DNA of 64,000 nucleotides from a virus. Shown one piece after another: positions 39,095 to 48,764 of the stretch. Every line of letters starts with the position of its first letter. The stretch's first letter is position 1. The position numbers and the translations under genes were made by a program. The notes under the pieces are model-generated. The model saw only the letters and a list, made by a program, of their open reading frames with translations, was not told where the DNA came from and did no database searches. The stretch lies in IMG/VR virus record IMGVR_UViG_3300035703_000020, positions 64,001-128,000 of that record; one strand, given 5' to 3'.

Positions 39095-39546
39095 AGCCGG
39101 ACTACGCCAAGGGTCTCACGAAGCGGGAGCAAGCCATCGCAAAGCGCGAGGCCGAGGAGACCCAGGAGAAGGCGAAGTCCGGCAAGGGCGCCAAGAGCGT
39201 GTACGAGGACTGGAAGTCCGACAAGGCGTACCGCAACAGGAAGAAGGGCGAGATGCCCAAGTCGAAGGCCACGGAGGCCTACGAGCGGATGTACGGCAAG
39301 AAGGACGCCGAGGACATGGCCGAGGGCGGCTCCGGCAAGGCCCTGGCCGCGAAGGCGAAGGAGTCCGGGATCCCACTCGGCGTGCTCCGGCAGGTGTACG
39401 AGCGCGGCATGGCCGCGTGGCGCGGCGGCCACAGGCCGGGCGTGTCGCCGCAGCAGTGGGCGATGGGCCGCGTGAACTCTTTCATCACCGGCTCCGGCGG
39501 GGCCAGGAAGGCCGACGCGGACCTATGGAAGAAGGCCGGCAAGTAG
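39091..39546 (+). CDS. DUF5824-like domain, probably translated as a -1 frameshift extension of 38480
   Basis: LKPDYAKGLT...LRQVYERGMAAWRGGHRPG.S.QQWAMGRVNSF; no ATG/GTG start before 39199. Confidence 0.6.
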   Translation: MKPDYAKGLTKREQAIAKREAEETQEKAKSGKGAKSVYEDWKSDKAYRNRKKGEMPKSKATEAYERMYGKKDAEDMAEGGSGKALAAKAKESGIPLGVLRQVYERGMAAWRGGHRPGVSPQQWAMGRVNSFITGSGGARKADADLWKKAGK

Positions 39547-39601
39547 ACGCACTGGCCACCGCCGGGGTAAAAGATAGAGCAACCACACGCCGGCGGTTGC
39601 C

Positions 39602-39766
39602 ATGCCAAAGTCGTTCCAGGAGGCCTTCAACGAGTGGAAGGCCGATGACCGGTACAAGATCGGGGACGACATAGGCTGGGAGTTCGCCGACGCGAAAGAG
39701 GCCGGTCCTACGCCGGCCGACAGTTCCTCAACGACACAGCAAGATGGCCCAGCGCATCCAGCATAA
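39602..39766 (+). CDS. Small hypothetical protein (54 aa, not in ORF track)
   Basis: ATG ~30 nt after the GGGTAA motif at 39565; MPKSFQEAFNEWKADD... Confidence 0.4.
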   Translation: MPKSFQEAFNEWKADDRYKIGDDIGWEFADAKEAGPTPADSSSTTQQDGPAHPA

Positions 39767-42700
39767 GCGCTCCTCGATCCTCGGGAAGCGCCCGGCCGAG
39801 CAGTATTTGGAACCCGGGGAGCTGGCGCTCAACACCAACGCCAGCGACCCGGGCGTCTTCTTTGAGACCAACAACGGCGAGATCGCCAAGGCCGGCCCGA
39901 CGTCGATAGGCCCGCAGCCCCCGGTGAGCGAGGTCGGCTACGGCCCGGGCGAGTCGTGGTACGACAGCGGCAACGGCACACTCAACCTGTGGGTGCCGGC
40001 GCTGGAACAGTGGGTCCCCGTGTCGTCCCCGTTCTTCGGCGGCTCCATCACGGCCATCTTCGTCGGCTCGGAGTTCCCCCAGGCCACCGACGACCTCTCG
40101 AACGACGGCTACGCGCGCCCGTTCGTGTCGCTGAACCGCGCGATGATAGAGGTGGCCAGGCGCTCGATCCTGCGCGGCCGCCCGGACGACGCGTTCAACG
40201 CCAGGTTCTCGGTGTTCCTGCTGCCGGGCAACAACGTCGCCTATAACGAGCCGGGTCTGACCTTCTCCGAGTTCGAGGCACAGACCGAGGTCTTCGTCGA
40301 GGACCAGGCGCTCACGCAGAAGCAGCTGGCCCAGTTCAACTCGCCCACCGGCGGCGTGATCGTCCCGAGGGGCACCACGATCTTCGGCCTCGACCTGCGG
40401 AAGACGATCATCAACCCGACCTACTACCCGGTCTGGACGCGCGACGCGTACGAGAACGAGCCCGAGACGCTAGCCGCCCGCTCCGCCGTCCTGCGCTGGA
40501 CCGGCAACTCGTACTTCACGTCGTTCACCTTCCGGGACAAGGTCTCGGAGTGCTCGGTCACCGAGATCACCGGCCAGAGCTTCGAGGTCGCCGTGCTGCG
40601 CACCCTGCGGCCGCACGGCTTCCGCTCGCTCGTGACCACGCTGGAGGACGAGGACCAGATCCTCGACGGCGACAAGGCCGAGCTGGTCTACCCCGACGGC
40701 ATCTCCCGCTTCTACAACGGCGTCCCCACGGTGCCGCAGGAGGAGTACTACGCCGAGCCGATCGACGCCTACCGGTTCAGGCTGCGAAAGGTGCAGAGCG
40801 GTCTCGCCGTGCTCCGCAGCGAGCTGCCGGAGGCGCCCGTGGCCGGCACGTCGCCGAGCCTGTTCCTGAACTTCCGCGTAAGGCTCGGCACCGCCCACCG
40901 CCTCACCGCCATCGAGTACGCGGAGGACCTGGACCTCAACTCCCTCTACGACAAGGTGCAGCGCGCCTTCTCGACCCTCTCGTTCTCCGGCACGGCGTCC
41001 AACGCCGAGATCTCCGGGGGCGAGACCATCATCGTCGCCAGCACGCCAGAGACCCCCAACGTAGAGACCAACAGCGTCGACAACGCGTCCCCGTACGTCT
41101 TCAACGTCTCGCTGCGGTCGCAGTGGGGGATGTCGGGCATGTGCGTCGACGGCGGCGAGATCGGCGGCTTCAAGTCGGCCCTCAGCTGCAATTACACGGC
41201 GGTGTCCGTCAACAACGACCCCGACGTGTACGAGGTCTACGACGACCAGCAGTGGAAGTCACTCCGCGAGGCCTACGCCGAGTCCGTCGGGTTCCCGGTC
41301 TCCGAGACCACGCGCGAGCAGGCGATGAACTACCTCGTGCGGACCGTCAAGACCGACGACATCCGGTTCTTCCTCAGGCAGGCGTATGACATCCCGGGCC
41401 AGGACGGCAAGTCCTCGGGCCAGGTCAGCGAGCTGTCGGACACCCGGCACTACGCGACACTGGCGACGAACGGGGCCTTCGTGCAGATCGTGTCGTCGTT
41501 CGCCATCGGGCTGGCCGTGAACTACTGGACAAAGGCCGGCGGCGAGATCGCCGTGACCAACGCCAACTCCAACTTCGGCGGCGTCGCCCTCCGCGCCGAG
41601 GGCTTCTCCGGCATCGGGACCACCGGCGGCGCGCTCGACCCCGACCGCGGCTTCACCGTGCAGGGCGTGCGGCGCCCGTCGGTCGTGACGCAGAAGATGG
41701 TCGAGGACAGCGTGGTCAAGCGCGCCGTCAACTCGCGCATCGCCTCGACCACGAGCACCACCATCACCCTGGCCGAGCCCTTCTACGGGCTGACCATCGC
41801 CCCGTTCACGCTGCGCAACGGGACCTTCATCTACGTCCAGGACTCGCGCGATGGCACGGAGTACAGGGCCCAGCTGGCCACGACCGGGGCCGTCGTCAGC
41901 GAGGACGGGCTGACGATCTCCGTGGTCGACACGACCAGCCAGATCCACACCGCCATCGTCGGCGGGCTCAACCCGGACTTCCTGACGCTGCCCTACATCA
42001 AGCGCTTCAAGGACCCGCGCGCGCCGATCGACCGGCAGTACAGCCTCTGGGTGCAGAACACATCGCAGTTCCACCGCCCGCCGCAGCAGCAGTTCGTCCT
42101 CCGCTTCGCCGAGAAGCCCCAGACGGGCGTGGCCAACCTGGTCCGCCCCAACATGCAGCTCGACCCGGGCGAGAAGGGCGGCTGGGCGCACCTGTTCCAG
42201 ATCACCGACGCCAGGACCAAGCGCGAGGGCGATAACCCGAACGGGATCGAGCCCCTGATCACGCCGATCGTCGGCACCGAGAGCTACTACGTGACGATCG
42301 CGCTCGTCGACGGCTTCCGCCCGTACGTGACCGTCTCCGACAATGGCTTCACCGACGACGCGACCATCGACCACGCGTCCGGCCAATACTGCACCTACAA
42401 CGACCGCCTCTTCTACCCGCAGGACAACGACCTCGCGCCCGCCGCGCTGAAGCTCGACCCCACGAACGACCGCTCCGTGTGGACGCGCTCGAAGAACTTC
42501 GAGCTGTGCTCGCCCGTCGACGAGGCGTGGTACGGCGCTGACTCGCTCAGCACGGCGACGGAGGACGTCTACGTGGCGGCCTACCCCGAGAACGCCACCT
42601 ACCCCCGCGGCCTGCAGTACGAGATCCAGGACATGTCGGCCGACCTCGTCGTCGACGAGGACGACGGCACCCCGACCCTCGGGATCGTGACGGGCGGCGT

Positions 42701-43193
42701 CGCCGACGTGGACAAGTACGACCCGTGGTGGTCGCCCTCGAAGCTCTCGATGGCACGCCTGCTGCAGCTGCTCGGCTTCACGTTCGCGGACATCGGCTCG
42801 ATGCTGGTCCCGCAGTTGTGGTCCTCGAGGAACCTCCCGGTCACCTCCATGCCCGACGTCACCGGCGGCGGCTACGCGATCACCACCGGCACGTGGCCCG
42901 TCGAGTTCAACCGGCCGTCGACCATCCGCTGCGGCAACCACACGTGGGAGTGGTGCGGCTACATCAACTACACCAAGGGCCTCCCGCAGTACCAGACCAC
43001 CCAGCTGTCCGTGCGCGAGCGCTTCGACTTCATGCAGACGGCCCTCTGGGGCGGCCAGGTGTACTCCACGGGCACGAACGAGAAGGGCGAGTACGTCTTC
43101 TCGGGTAAGACAGTGGCTGCCGGGACAGGCGACATCCTGCTGAACACCAACGTACCGCTGGTGCCAGCCGCGCCCCCAGCCCCAATCAGCTAG
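39744..43193 (+). CDS. Large tail fibre/tailspike-like protein
   Basis: Shared IQHKRS..KRP..GELALN head; G..VPRGT..G.DLRKT.I.P.Y and NSNSNFG-type beta-helix motifs seen in cyanophage fibre proteins. Confidence 0.7.
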   Translation: MAQRIQHKRSSILGKRPAEQYLEPGELALNTNASDPGVFFETNNGEIAKAGPTSIGPQPPVSEVGYGPGESWYDSGNGTLNLWVPALEQWVPVSSPFFGGSITAIFVGSEFPQATDDLSNDGYARPFVSLNRAMIEVARRSILRGRPDDAFNARFSVFLLPGNNVAYNEPGLTFSEFEAQTEVFVEDQALTQKQLAQFNSPTGGVIVPRGTTIFGLDLRKTIINPTYYPVWTRDAYENEPETLAARSAVLRWTGNSYFTSFTFRDKVSECSVTEITGQSFEVAVLRTLRPHGFRSLVTTLEDEDQILDGDKAELVYPDGISRFYNGVPTVPQEEYYAEPIDAYRFRLRKVQSGLAVLRSELPEAPVAGTSPSLFLNFRVRLGTAHRLTAIEYAEDLDLNSLYDKVQRAFSTLSFSGTASNAEISGGETIIVASTPETPNVETNSVDNASPYVFNVSLRSQWGMSGMCVDGGEIGGFKSALSCNYTAVSVNNDPDVYEVYDDQQWKSLREAYAESVGFPVSETTREQAMNYLVRTVKTDDIRFFLRQAYDIPGQDGKSSGQVSELSDTRHYATLATNGAFVQIVSSFAIGLAVNYWTKAGGEIAVTNANSNFGGVALRAEGFSGIGTTGGALDPDRGFTVQGVRRPSVVTQKMVEDSVVKRAVNSRIASTTSTTITLAEPFYGLTIAPFTLRNGTFIYVQDSRDGTEYRAQLATTGAVVSEDGLTISVVDTTSQIHTAIVGGLNPDFLTLPYIKRFKDPRAPIDRQYSLWVQNTSQFHRPPQQQFVLRFAEKPQTGVANLVRPNMQLDPGEKGGWAHLFQITDARTKREGDNPNGIEPLITPIVGTESYYVTIALVDGFRPYVTVSDNGFTDDATIDHASGQYCTYNDRLFYPQDNDLAPAALKLDPTNDRSVWTRSKNFELCSPVDEAWYGADSLSTATEDVYVAAYPENATYPRGLQYEIQDMSADLVVDEDDGTPTLGIVTGGVADVDKYDPWWSPSKLSMARLLQLLGFTFADIGSMLVPQLWSSRNLPVTSMPDVTGGGYAITTGTWPVEFNRPSTIRCGNHTWEWCGYINYTKGLPQYQTTQLSVRERFDFMQTALWGGQVYSTGTNEKGEYVFSGKTVAAGTGDILLNTNVPLVPAAPPAPIS

Positions 43194-43240
43194 TATATCC
43201 CTAAGCGAAACTTCACTTTGGCCTGTAAAGGTGTCATGCA

Positions 43241-44917
43241 GTGACTACTAACATCCAGCTCCTGCGGTCTTCGGTCGCCCAGAAAAGACCGAACCCCGCC
43301 TCGCTGCTTGATGGTCAGCCCGCGGTCAACATCAACGTTGACGAGCCCGGGCTGTTCTTCAAAGCGACGGACGGCACACTCTTCAAGGTAGGCCCGGCCG
43401 CCATCACTTCGAGCGGCTCCCCACCGAACGCATCCGCTGTCGGCCCCGTCGGCAACGTGAAGGGCGAGCTCTGGCTCGACGGCCGCGCGGCGTACTCCAA
43501 CGCCGTGATGAAGATCTACAACGGCACCCAGTGGGTACCGGCGAGCGGCTTTCAGGTCAACGACACCACCGGCAACTTTACGCTGTCGAAGGCCCTGACC
43601 GTCTCGACGCTGATCGCGAACGGCTCAGGCGCCAGCAGCTACATCCGGGTGCCGCAGGGCCCGAATACGGACGAGTCGCTGATCCCGGCTGTCGCCGGCA
43701 TGATCCGCTTCGACACGACGCTCGACGTGTTCCGCGGCTACGATGGCACCACCTGGTCCGACCTCGGCACCGGTAACATCGCCGGCAACCTGACCGTCGG
43801 CGGCAACGGTACGATCGCGGGCAACCTGACGGTCGACGGCAGCGTCACCCTCGGCAACGACTGCACGAGCGACATCGTCACGGTGAACGCCACGGCGAAC
43901 TTCGCCTGCAATGTGACTGTCGGCAACGCCGCGACCGACACCCTGACCGTCGCCTCGATCAGCGACTTTCAGAACGCTCTGCGGCTGTCCAACCAGAACG
44001 ACCTGCGCTTCCACAGCGGCTCCGTCGGCTCCTCGAACTACGTCGGCTTCCAGGCGCCGGGCTCCATCGCGTCCAACGTGCTCTGGACCCTCCCGGCCCA
44101 GGACGGCACCCTCGGGCAGGCCCTGATCACCAACGGCTCCGGCGTGCTGAGCTGGGGCGCCGCCGGTGGCGGCGGTGCGCAGGTGACCGTGAGCGACAGC
44201 GCGCCCACCTCCCCGGCCCCGCAGGAGGGCGACCTCTGGTTCAACTCCGCGTCCGGCCGCCTGTACGTCTTCTACGAGGACGGCACCAGCGACCAGTGGA
44301 TCGACGCCGCGCCCAACAGCTCCGGCGCCGCGGCCATCCGGACCCTGGACGACATCTCGGCCTCGTTCGACGGCGTCACGTCGACGTTCAACCTCACGAT
44401 CGGCGGCTTCGCGTTCACCCCGGTGAACCCCCAGCAGCTGATCGTCCACAAGGCTGGCGTCTACCAGGACCCCTCCACGGCGTACACCGTGGTCGGCTCG
44501 ACGATCGTGTTCGCGGCGGGCAACATCCCGACCTTCGGCCAAACGTTCTCCGGCGTGGTCCTCGGCGCGGCGGTGACCCAGAACACCGTCGCCGACTTGT
44601 CGATCAACACGCTGAAGCTGGCCAACCTGGCCGTGACGGACGCCAAGATCGCCAACAACTCGATCACTGGCGCCAAGCTCGCGCCTGGCTCCGTCCAGGT
44701 CTCCAAGCTGAGCATCGACGGCAACCTCCTGCCCAACTCGGACAACGCGTTCAACCTGGGCTCGCCGACGTTCCGCTGGGCTAACATCTACACGGGTGAC
44801 CTTCACCTCCAGAACGAGCGCGGCTCGTGGACTGTGATCGAGGAGGAGGAGTTCCTGACCCTCAGGAACAACAAATCGGGTAAAACCTTCAAAATCGTTA
44901 TGGAGGCGATCGACTGA
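43241..44917 (+). CDS. Tail fibre-like protein
   Basis: Shared N-terminal module, G.IRFDT, NYVGFQAP, GDLWFNS, LDDIS..FDG and ANIYTGDLHL modules. Confidence 0.75.
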   Translation: MTTNIQLLRSSVAQKRPNPASLLDGQPAVNINVDEPGLFFKATDGTLFKVGPAAITSSGSPPNASAVGPVGNVKGELWLDGRAAYSNAVMKIYNGTQWVPASGFQVNDTTGNFTLSKALTVSTLIANGSGASSYIRVPQGPNTDESLIPAVAGMIRFDTTLDVFRGYDGTTWSDLGTGNIAGNLTVGGNGTIAGNLTVDGSVTLGNDCTSDIVTVNATANFACNVTVGNAATDTLTVASISDFQNALRLSNQNDLRFHSGSVGSSNYVGFQAPGSIASNVLWTLPAQDGTLGQALITNGSGVLSWGAAGGGGAQVTVSDSAPTSPAPQEGDLWFNSASGRLYVFYEDGTSDQWIDAAPNSSGAAAIRTLDDISASFDGVTSTFNLTIGGFAFTPVNPQQLIVHKAGVYQDPSTAYTVVGSTIVFAAGNIPTFGQTFSGVVLGAAVTQNTVADLSINTLKLANLAVTDAKIANNSITGAKLAPGSVQVSKLSIDGNLLPNSDNAFNLGSPTFRWANIYTGDLHLQNERGSWTVIEEEEFLTLRNNKSGKTFKIVMEAID

Positions 44918-45312
44918 TGGCGATCAACTTCCCCGCGGCGACCGTTGTGGGACAGACGTACACAGACCCCGCCTCGGGTAACACGTACGTGGTCGTCGCA
45001 GTCGGTCCACCGGCCCAGTGGGTCGGGTCGGGCAGCACCAACAACCTGGACGGAACCTACTTCCGCGTCGACGCATCTAACGGCCCTCTGGGCAACACGG
45101 TCTCGGTGGACGGCAACATCCTCCCCAACACCGACAACGTCCGCAACCTCGGCTCTGTCACGCAGCGCTTCGCGAACATCTACACGGGTGACCTCCACCT
45201 GAAGAATGAGCGCGGGGACTGGACGATGATCGAGGAGGATGAGTTCCTCACTCTGCGGAGCAACAAGACCGGCAAAGTGTTCAAGCTCCTCATGGAAGAG
45301 GTCCAAGACTAA
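44917..45312 (+). CDS. Small fibre-associated protein
   Basis: MAINFP...GQTYT plus ANIYTGDLHL module. Confidence 0.65.
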   Translation: MAINFPAATVVGQTYTDPASGNTYVVVAVGPPAQWVGSGSTNNLDGTYFRVDASNGPLGNTVSVDGNILPNTDNVRNLGSVTQRFANIYTGDLHLKNERGDWTMIEEDEFLTLRSNKTGKVFKLLMEEVQD

Positions 45313-45641
45313 TGGCGATCATCAGCACTACATCCCTCATCTCGTCCGTCAACGGTCAGAACCGTCTGGTGGTCGACAACGCCGGCAACGTGGAGATCCT
45401 GGGTAACTCGTCCCAGGCCGGTACCCTCAAGATCTTCGAGGATAGCGACAACGGCACCAACTACGTTGCCCTGCGCGCCCCCAGCTCCGTCGCCTCCAAC
45501 GTCACCTTCACCCTGCCGAACGCGGACGGCTCCGCGGGCCAGGCGATCGTGACCGACGGCGCCGGCAACCTGAGCTTCTCCAGCAGCCCCATCTCGACGA
45601 CAGGTAAGTCGATCGCGATGACCCTGATCTTCGCTATCTGA
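45312..45641 (+). CDS. Small fibre-associated protein
   Basis: NYVALRAP...TLP.ADG.AGQ...TDG.GNLSF module; TGKSIAM..IF end. Confidence 0.65.
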   Translation: MAIISTTSLISSVNGQNRLVVDNAGNVEILGNSSQAGTLKIFEDSDNGTNYVALRAPSSVASNVTFTLPNADGSAGQAIVTDGAGNLSFSSSPISTTGKSIAMTLIFAI

Positions 45642-45675
45642 TCAACCCCCTTCATTCCGATTAGAGGACCGAACA

Positions 45676-46068
45676 GTGCCTATCAACATCGTTAACGTTG
45701 CCACCATCAACGGCAAGACCGTCGGCGCAGCCCTGACCGCCGCCGCCCCCACCCCAGCCCAGGCGGTTCTGACCAACCCCGGAGCTCCGGCAGCTGAGAA
45801 GCTGTTCAAGGTCAACTCCGTCTACGTGGCCAACGTCGACGGCACCACCGCGGTGGACGTGACCTGCTTCTTCTACGACGCCAGCGCCACCCCAGCCGCG
45901 ACGAGCTACAAGGTCGCCAACACGATCTCCGTGCCCGCCGACGCCACCCTGGTGCTCGTCGACAAGACCGCGCCCCTCTACCTCGAGCAGGGCGACCGCC
46001 TCGACTTCATCACCTCCGACGCCACCAGCGGCCTCGAGGTCGTGATCAGCTACGAGGAGATCAGCTGA
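45676..46068 (+). CDS. Small virion protein
   Basis: K.NS.YVANVDG...ISVPADATLV..DK...YLE.GD...ISYEEIS, a common cyanophage structural family. Confidence 0.65.
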   Translation: MPINIVNVATINGKTVGAALTAAAPTPAQAVLTNPGAPAAEKLFKVNSVYVANVDGTTAVDVTCFFYDASATPAATSYKVANTISVPADATLVLVDKTAPLYLEQGDRLDFITSDATSGLEVVISYEEIS

Positions 46069-46103
46069 GCAAGCTGACGCAAAGCAAACAAGCAGTCTAA
46101 TCA

Positions 46104-46613
46104 ATGGCGGACCTGTATTCCCTGCAGGGCCGCGAGCCGGAGCCGCTACCCGAGAAGGTGCGGCTCCTCGACTCCGGCCTGACCGTCCGTGTCGTCGACG
46201 ACATGGACCCCGAGATTCTGAAGCAGTGCGGCTACACCGGCCCGCACGCTCCCCTGACGGACTTCGACCAGAACACGCACAAGTGCGTGTGGTCCCCCGA
46301 GGATACCGCGTACGTGGTGATCGAGAAGAGCTCGATCGAGCTACGCAACGCCGTAAACAGCGCGTGGGCCCAGCTCCGGGTCGACCGCAACTCCCTGCTC
46401 GCCGACAGCGACAAGCGGATCATGCAGTGGCTCGAGAAGGGCCAGCCCGCGCCCGAAGCCTGGCAGAAGTACAGGCAGGCGCTGAGGGACCTGCCGGCAA
46501 ACACCGAGGACCCCTTCCGCGTCATGTGGCCGATGGAGCCTCTGCCCGAGCCGCAGTCGGGCGGCGAGGAGAAGCCGAAACCTAGGACCTCCCGCCGCCG
46601 CAAGACCACCTGA
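46104..46613 (+). CDS. Tail fibre assembly chaperone
   Basis: W..LR..RN.LL..SD...W..YRQALRDLP......WP..P motif. Confidence 0.8.
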   Translation: MADLYSLQGREPEPLPEKVRLLDSGLTVRVVDDMDPEILKQCGYTGPHAPLTDFDQNTHKCVWSPEDTAYVVIEKSSIELRNAVNSAWAQLRVDRNSLLADSDKRIMQWLEKGQPAPEAWQKYRQALRDLPANTEDPFRVMWPMEPLPEPQSGGEEKPKPRTSRRRKTT

Positions 46614-46629
46614 CCTGGGATAGCCCGAA

Positions 46630-47025
46630 ATGTCTTTCACCGTTCAGCACATCCGCTCGGCGGACTACGGCAGGCGCCCGACGCCCGACTCGCTCGCGGC
46701 CGGTCAGCTGGCGGTCAACTACAACTCCCAGTCCGTCGGCCTGTTCTTCAAGACAGACACCGGCGGCCTGGTCAAGGTGGGCCCCACATTCGTCGGGAAC
46801 GACCCGCCCCCGCTGAGCAACTACCTCGAGCGGTCAGTGGGCGAAATGTGGCTCGACACGTCCACCAACCCCACGCCACTCCTCAAGGTGTGGCTCGCGT
46901 CCGGCTGGGCCACGGTCAGCACGCAGGTGACGCAGACGAGCGTCTTCATCCCGCCCACCTCCCCGACCGGTCTGCCGTCCGGCGCCGTGTGGAATAACAA
47001 CGGCATCCTGACGATCGTCCCCTGA
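46630..47025 (+). CDS. Minimal fibre-head-module protein
   Basis: VQHIRS...RRP....GQLAVN...GLFF....KVGP...GEMWLD. Confidence 0.65.
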   Translation: MSFTVQHIRSADYGRRPTPDSLAAGQLAVNYNSQSVGLFFKTDTGGLVKVGPTFVGNDPPPLSNYLERSVGEMWLDTSTNPTPLLKVWLASGWATVSTQVTQTSVFIPPTSPTGLPSGAVWNNNGILTIVP

Positions 47026-47036
47026 GCGCGGTGTAG

Positions 47037-48764
47037 ATGTCGACGCAGATACAGTTCCTCCGCACCGACCAGTCGCAGCTGCGGCCGGATCCCAACGTCC
47101 TCGCCAACGGGATGCCGCTGCTCAACTTCAACGAGCAGGAGCCCGGGCTGTTCTTCAAGGCGAGGGACGGCTCGCTGTTCAAGGTGGGCCCCACGGCCGT
47201 GGGTGGCCTGGCCCCCAATTCCGGCGCAAACGGCTACGCCGGCAACACGGTCGGCGAGATGTGGCTCGACACGAGCGGCGCCGTCGCTGAGCTCAAGGTG
47301 TACGACGGCGCCGACTGGGTGATCCCGGGCGCCGGGGACACTCGCGTGTCCAGCGTCGGGCTCTCGATGCCACCGTCGATCTTCGACGTCGAGGGGACCC
47401 CGATCACGACCGCGGGCACCTTCGACGTCAACCTGCAGCCCCAGGCGCGCAATCGCTTCCTGGGCGGCCCGACCGAGGGCTCGGCCCAGATCCCCACCTT
47501 CCGCGCGCTCGCCGGCGACGACATCCCCGGCCTCGACGCGACCAAGGTCGTCTCCGGCCTGTTCAACCAGGCCCGTATCCCCAGCCTCGACGCAACGAAG
47601 ATCACGAGCGGGGTGTTCAACAGCGCCCGGATCCCGGGCATCGACGCGACCAAGATAATCTCCGGCGTCCTCCCGTACTCCTTCGGCGGCACCGGCGTCG
47701 GCGCCTACCCCGGCCCCGGCGAGCTGCTCATCGGCGGCATGTCGACGGGCTGGAACAAGACGACCCTGACCGCCGGCCCGGCGATCGGCATCACCAACGG
47801 GGCGGGGAACATCACCCTGCGCGTGTCCCCTCCCGGGGCGGGCGGCGAGGTGATGTTCAACAACCAGGGGTCGCTTGGGGCCGACTCGAGCTTCTCGTAC
47901 GACGGCGTCTCCAACACTCTGCAGCTCGACGGCCAGCTCTGGCTCCGCTCTGGCACCGGGCTCCGGCTGCGCGAGAGCGGCGGCACGCCGACCCCGGCCC
48001 TGTTCGAGTCGGGCAACGGCAACGCCATCACCCTCCGCGCCCCCACGTCGGGCATCGCCGCCCCCTACACGCTGGTCCTCCCGCCGAGCATCCCGGGGAC
48101 CTCGGCCGAGAACATCCTCAAGGTCAGCGGGTCCGGGACCCTCAGCTTCACGGACTCCGTGACGCTCAACAACCTGGACGTCAGGGACACCCTGGCGGTG
48201 CAGAACTCCTCCACCGGGTTCGAGACGCGCGTGCGCGCCGGGTCCGGCCTGGCCTCCAACCTCGACCTTACGCTCCCGACGTCGTACGGCGCGTCTGGCG
48301 GCTACCTGAAGACGGACCCATCCGGCGTCCTGTCGGTCTCCGAGAACGTCTCCGCGCCCATCGTCGAGCCAGGCCAGCTGCGCATGATCTCGTCGAGCCC
48401 GAGCCGCACGTTCATCTCCGACGTGGCGTCGCTGGCCGTCAGCTCCAACGGGACCTACAACCTGATCGAGATAACTGCAAACGGCTCGCCGGCGTCGGTG
48501 AGCTTCACCGTGTTCGTCCACGACGAGAGCGCCGCGATCGGCACCGGCACGCTGACGGTCTCGTACAACGCGCACTACAACGGGTCCGCGGCGGTCCTCA
48601 GCGCGGCCGGCAACAAGGTCGACAGCTGGACCGGCACCGAGCCCACGTTCGCCGCGACCTATTCCGGTGGCGTCCTCATGGTGCAGACGACGACCGCGAG
48701 CGGCAGCAACCAGCTGCGCTTCATGGTCGACTACACCTACGTCATCAACGTCAGCCCGACCTAG
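47037..48764 (+). CDS. Tail fibre-like protein
   Basis: Shared N-terminal module; three IP.LDATKI.SG repeats; LP...G...L...G.LS modules. Confidence 0.7.
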   Translation: MSTQIQFLRTDQSQLRPDPNVLANGMPLLNFNEQEPGLFFKARDGSLFKVGPTAVGGLAPNSGANGYAGNTVGEMWLDTSGAVAELKVYDGADWVIPGAGDTRVSSVGLSMPPSIFDVEGTPITTAGTFDVNLQPQARNRFLGGPTEGSAQIPTFRALAGDDIPGLDATKVVSGLFNQARIPSLDATKITSGVFNSARIPGIDATKIISGVLPYSFGGTGVGAYPGPGELLIGGMSTGWNKTTLTAGPAIGITNGAGNITLRVSPPGAGGEVMFNNQGSLGADSSFSYDGVSNTLQLDGQLWLRSGTGLRLRESGGTPTPALFESGNGNAITLRAPTSGIAAPYTLVLPPSIPGTSAENILKVSGSGTLSFTDSVTLNNLDVRDTLAVQNSSTGFETRVRAGSGLASNLDLTLPTSYGASGGYLKTDPSGVLSVSENVSAPIVEPGQLRMISSSPSRTFISDVASLAVSSNGTYNLIEITANGSPASVSFTVFVHDESAAIGTGTLTVSYNAHYNGSAAVLSAAGNKVDSWTGTEPTFAATYSGGVLMVQTTTASGSNQLRFMVDYTYVINVSPT

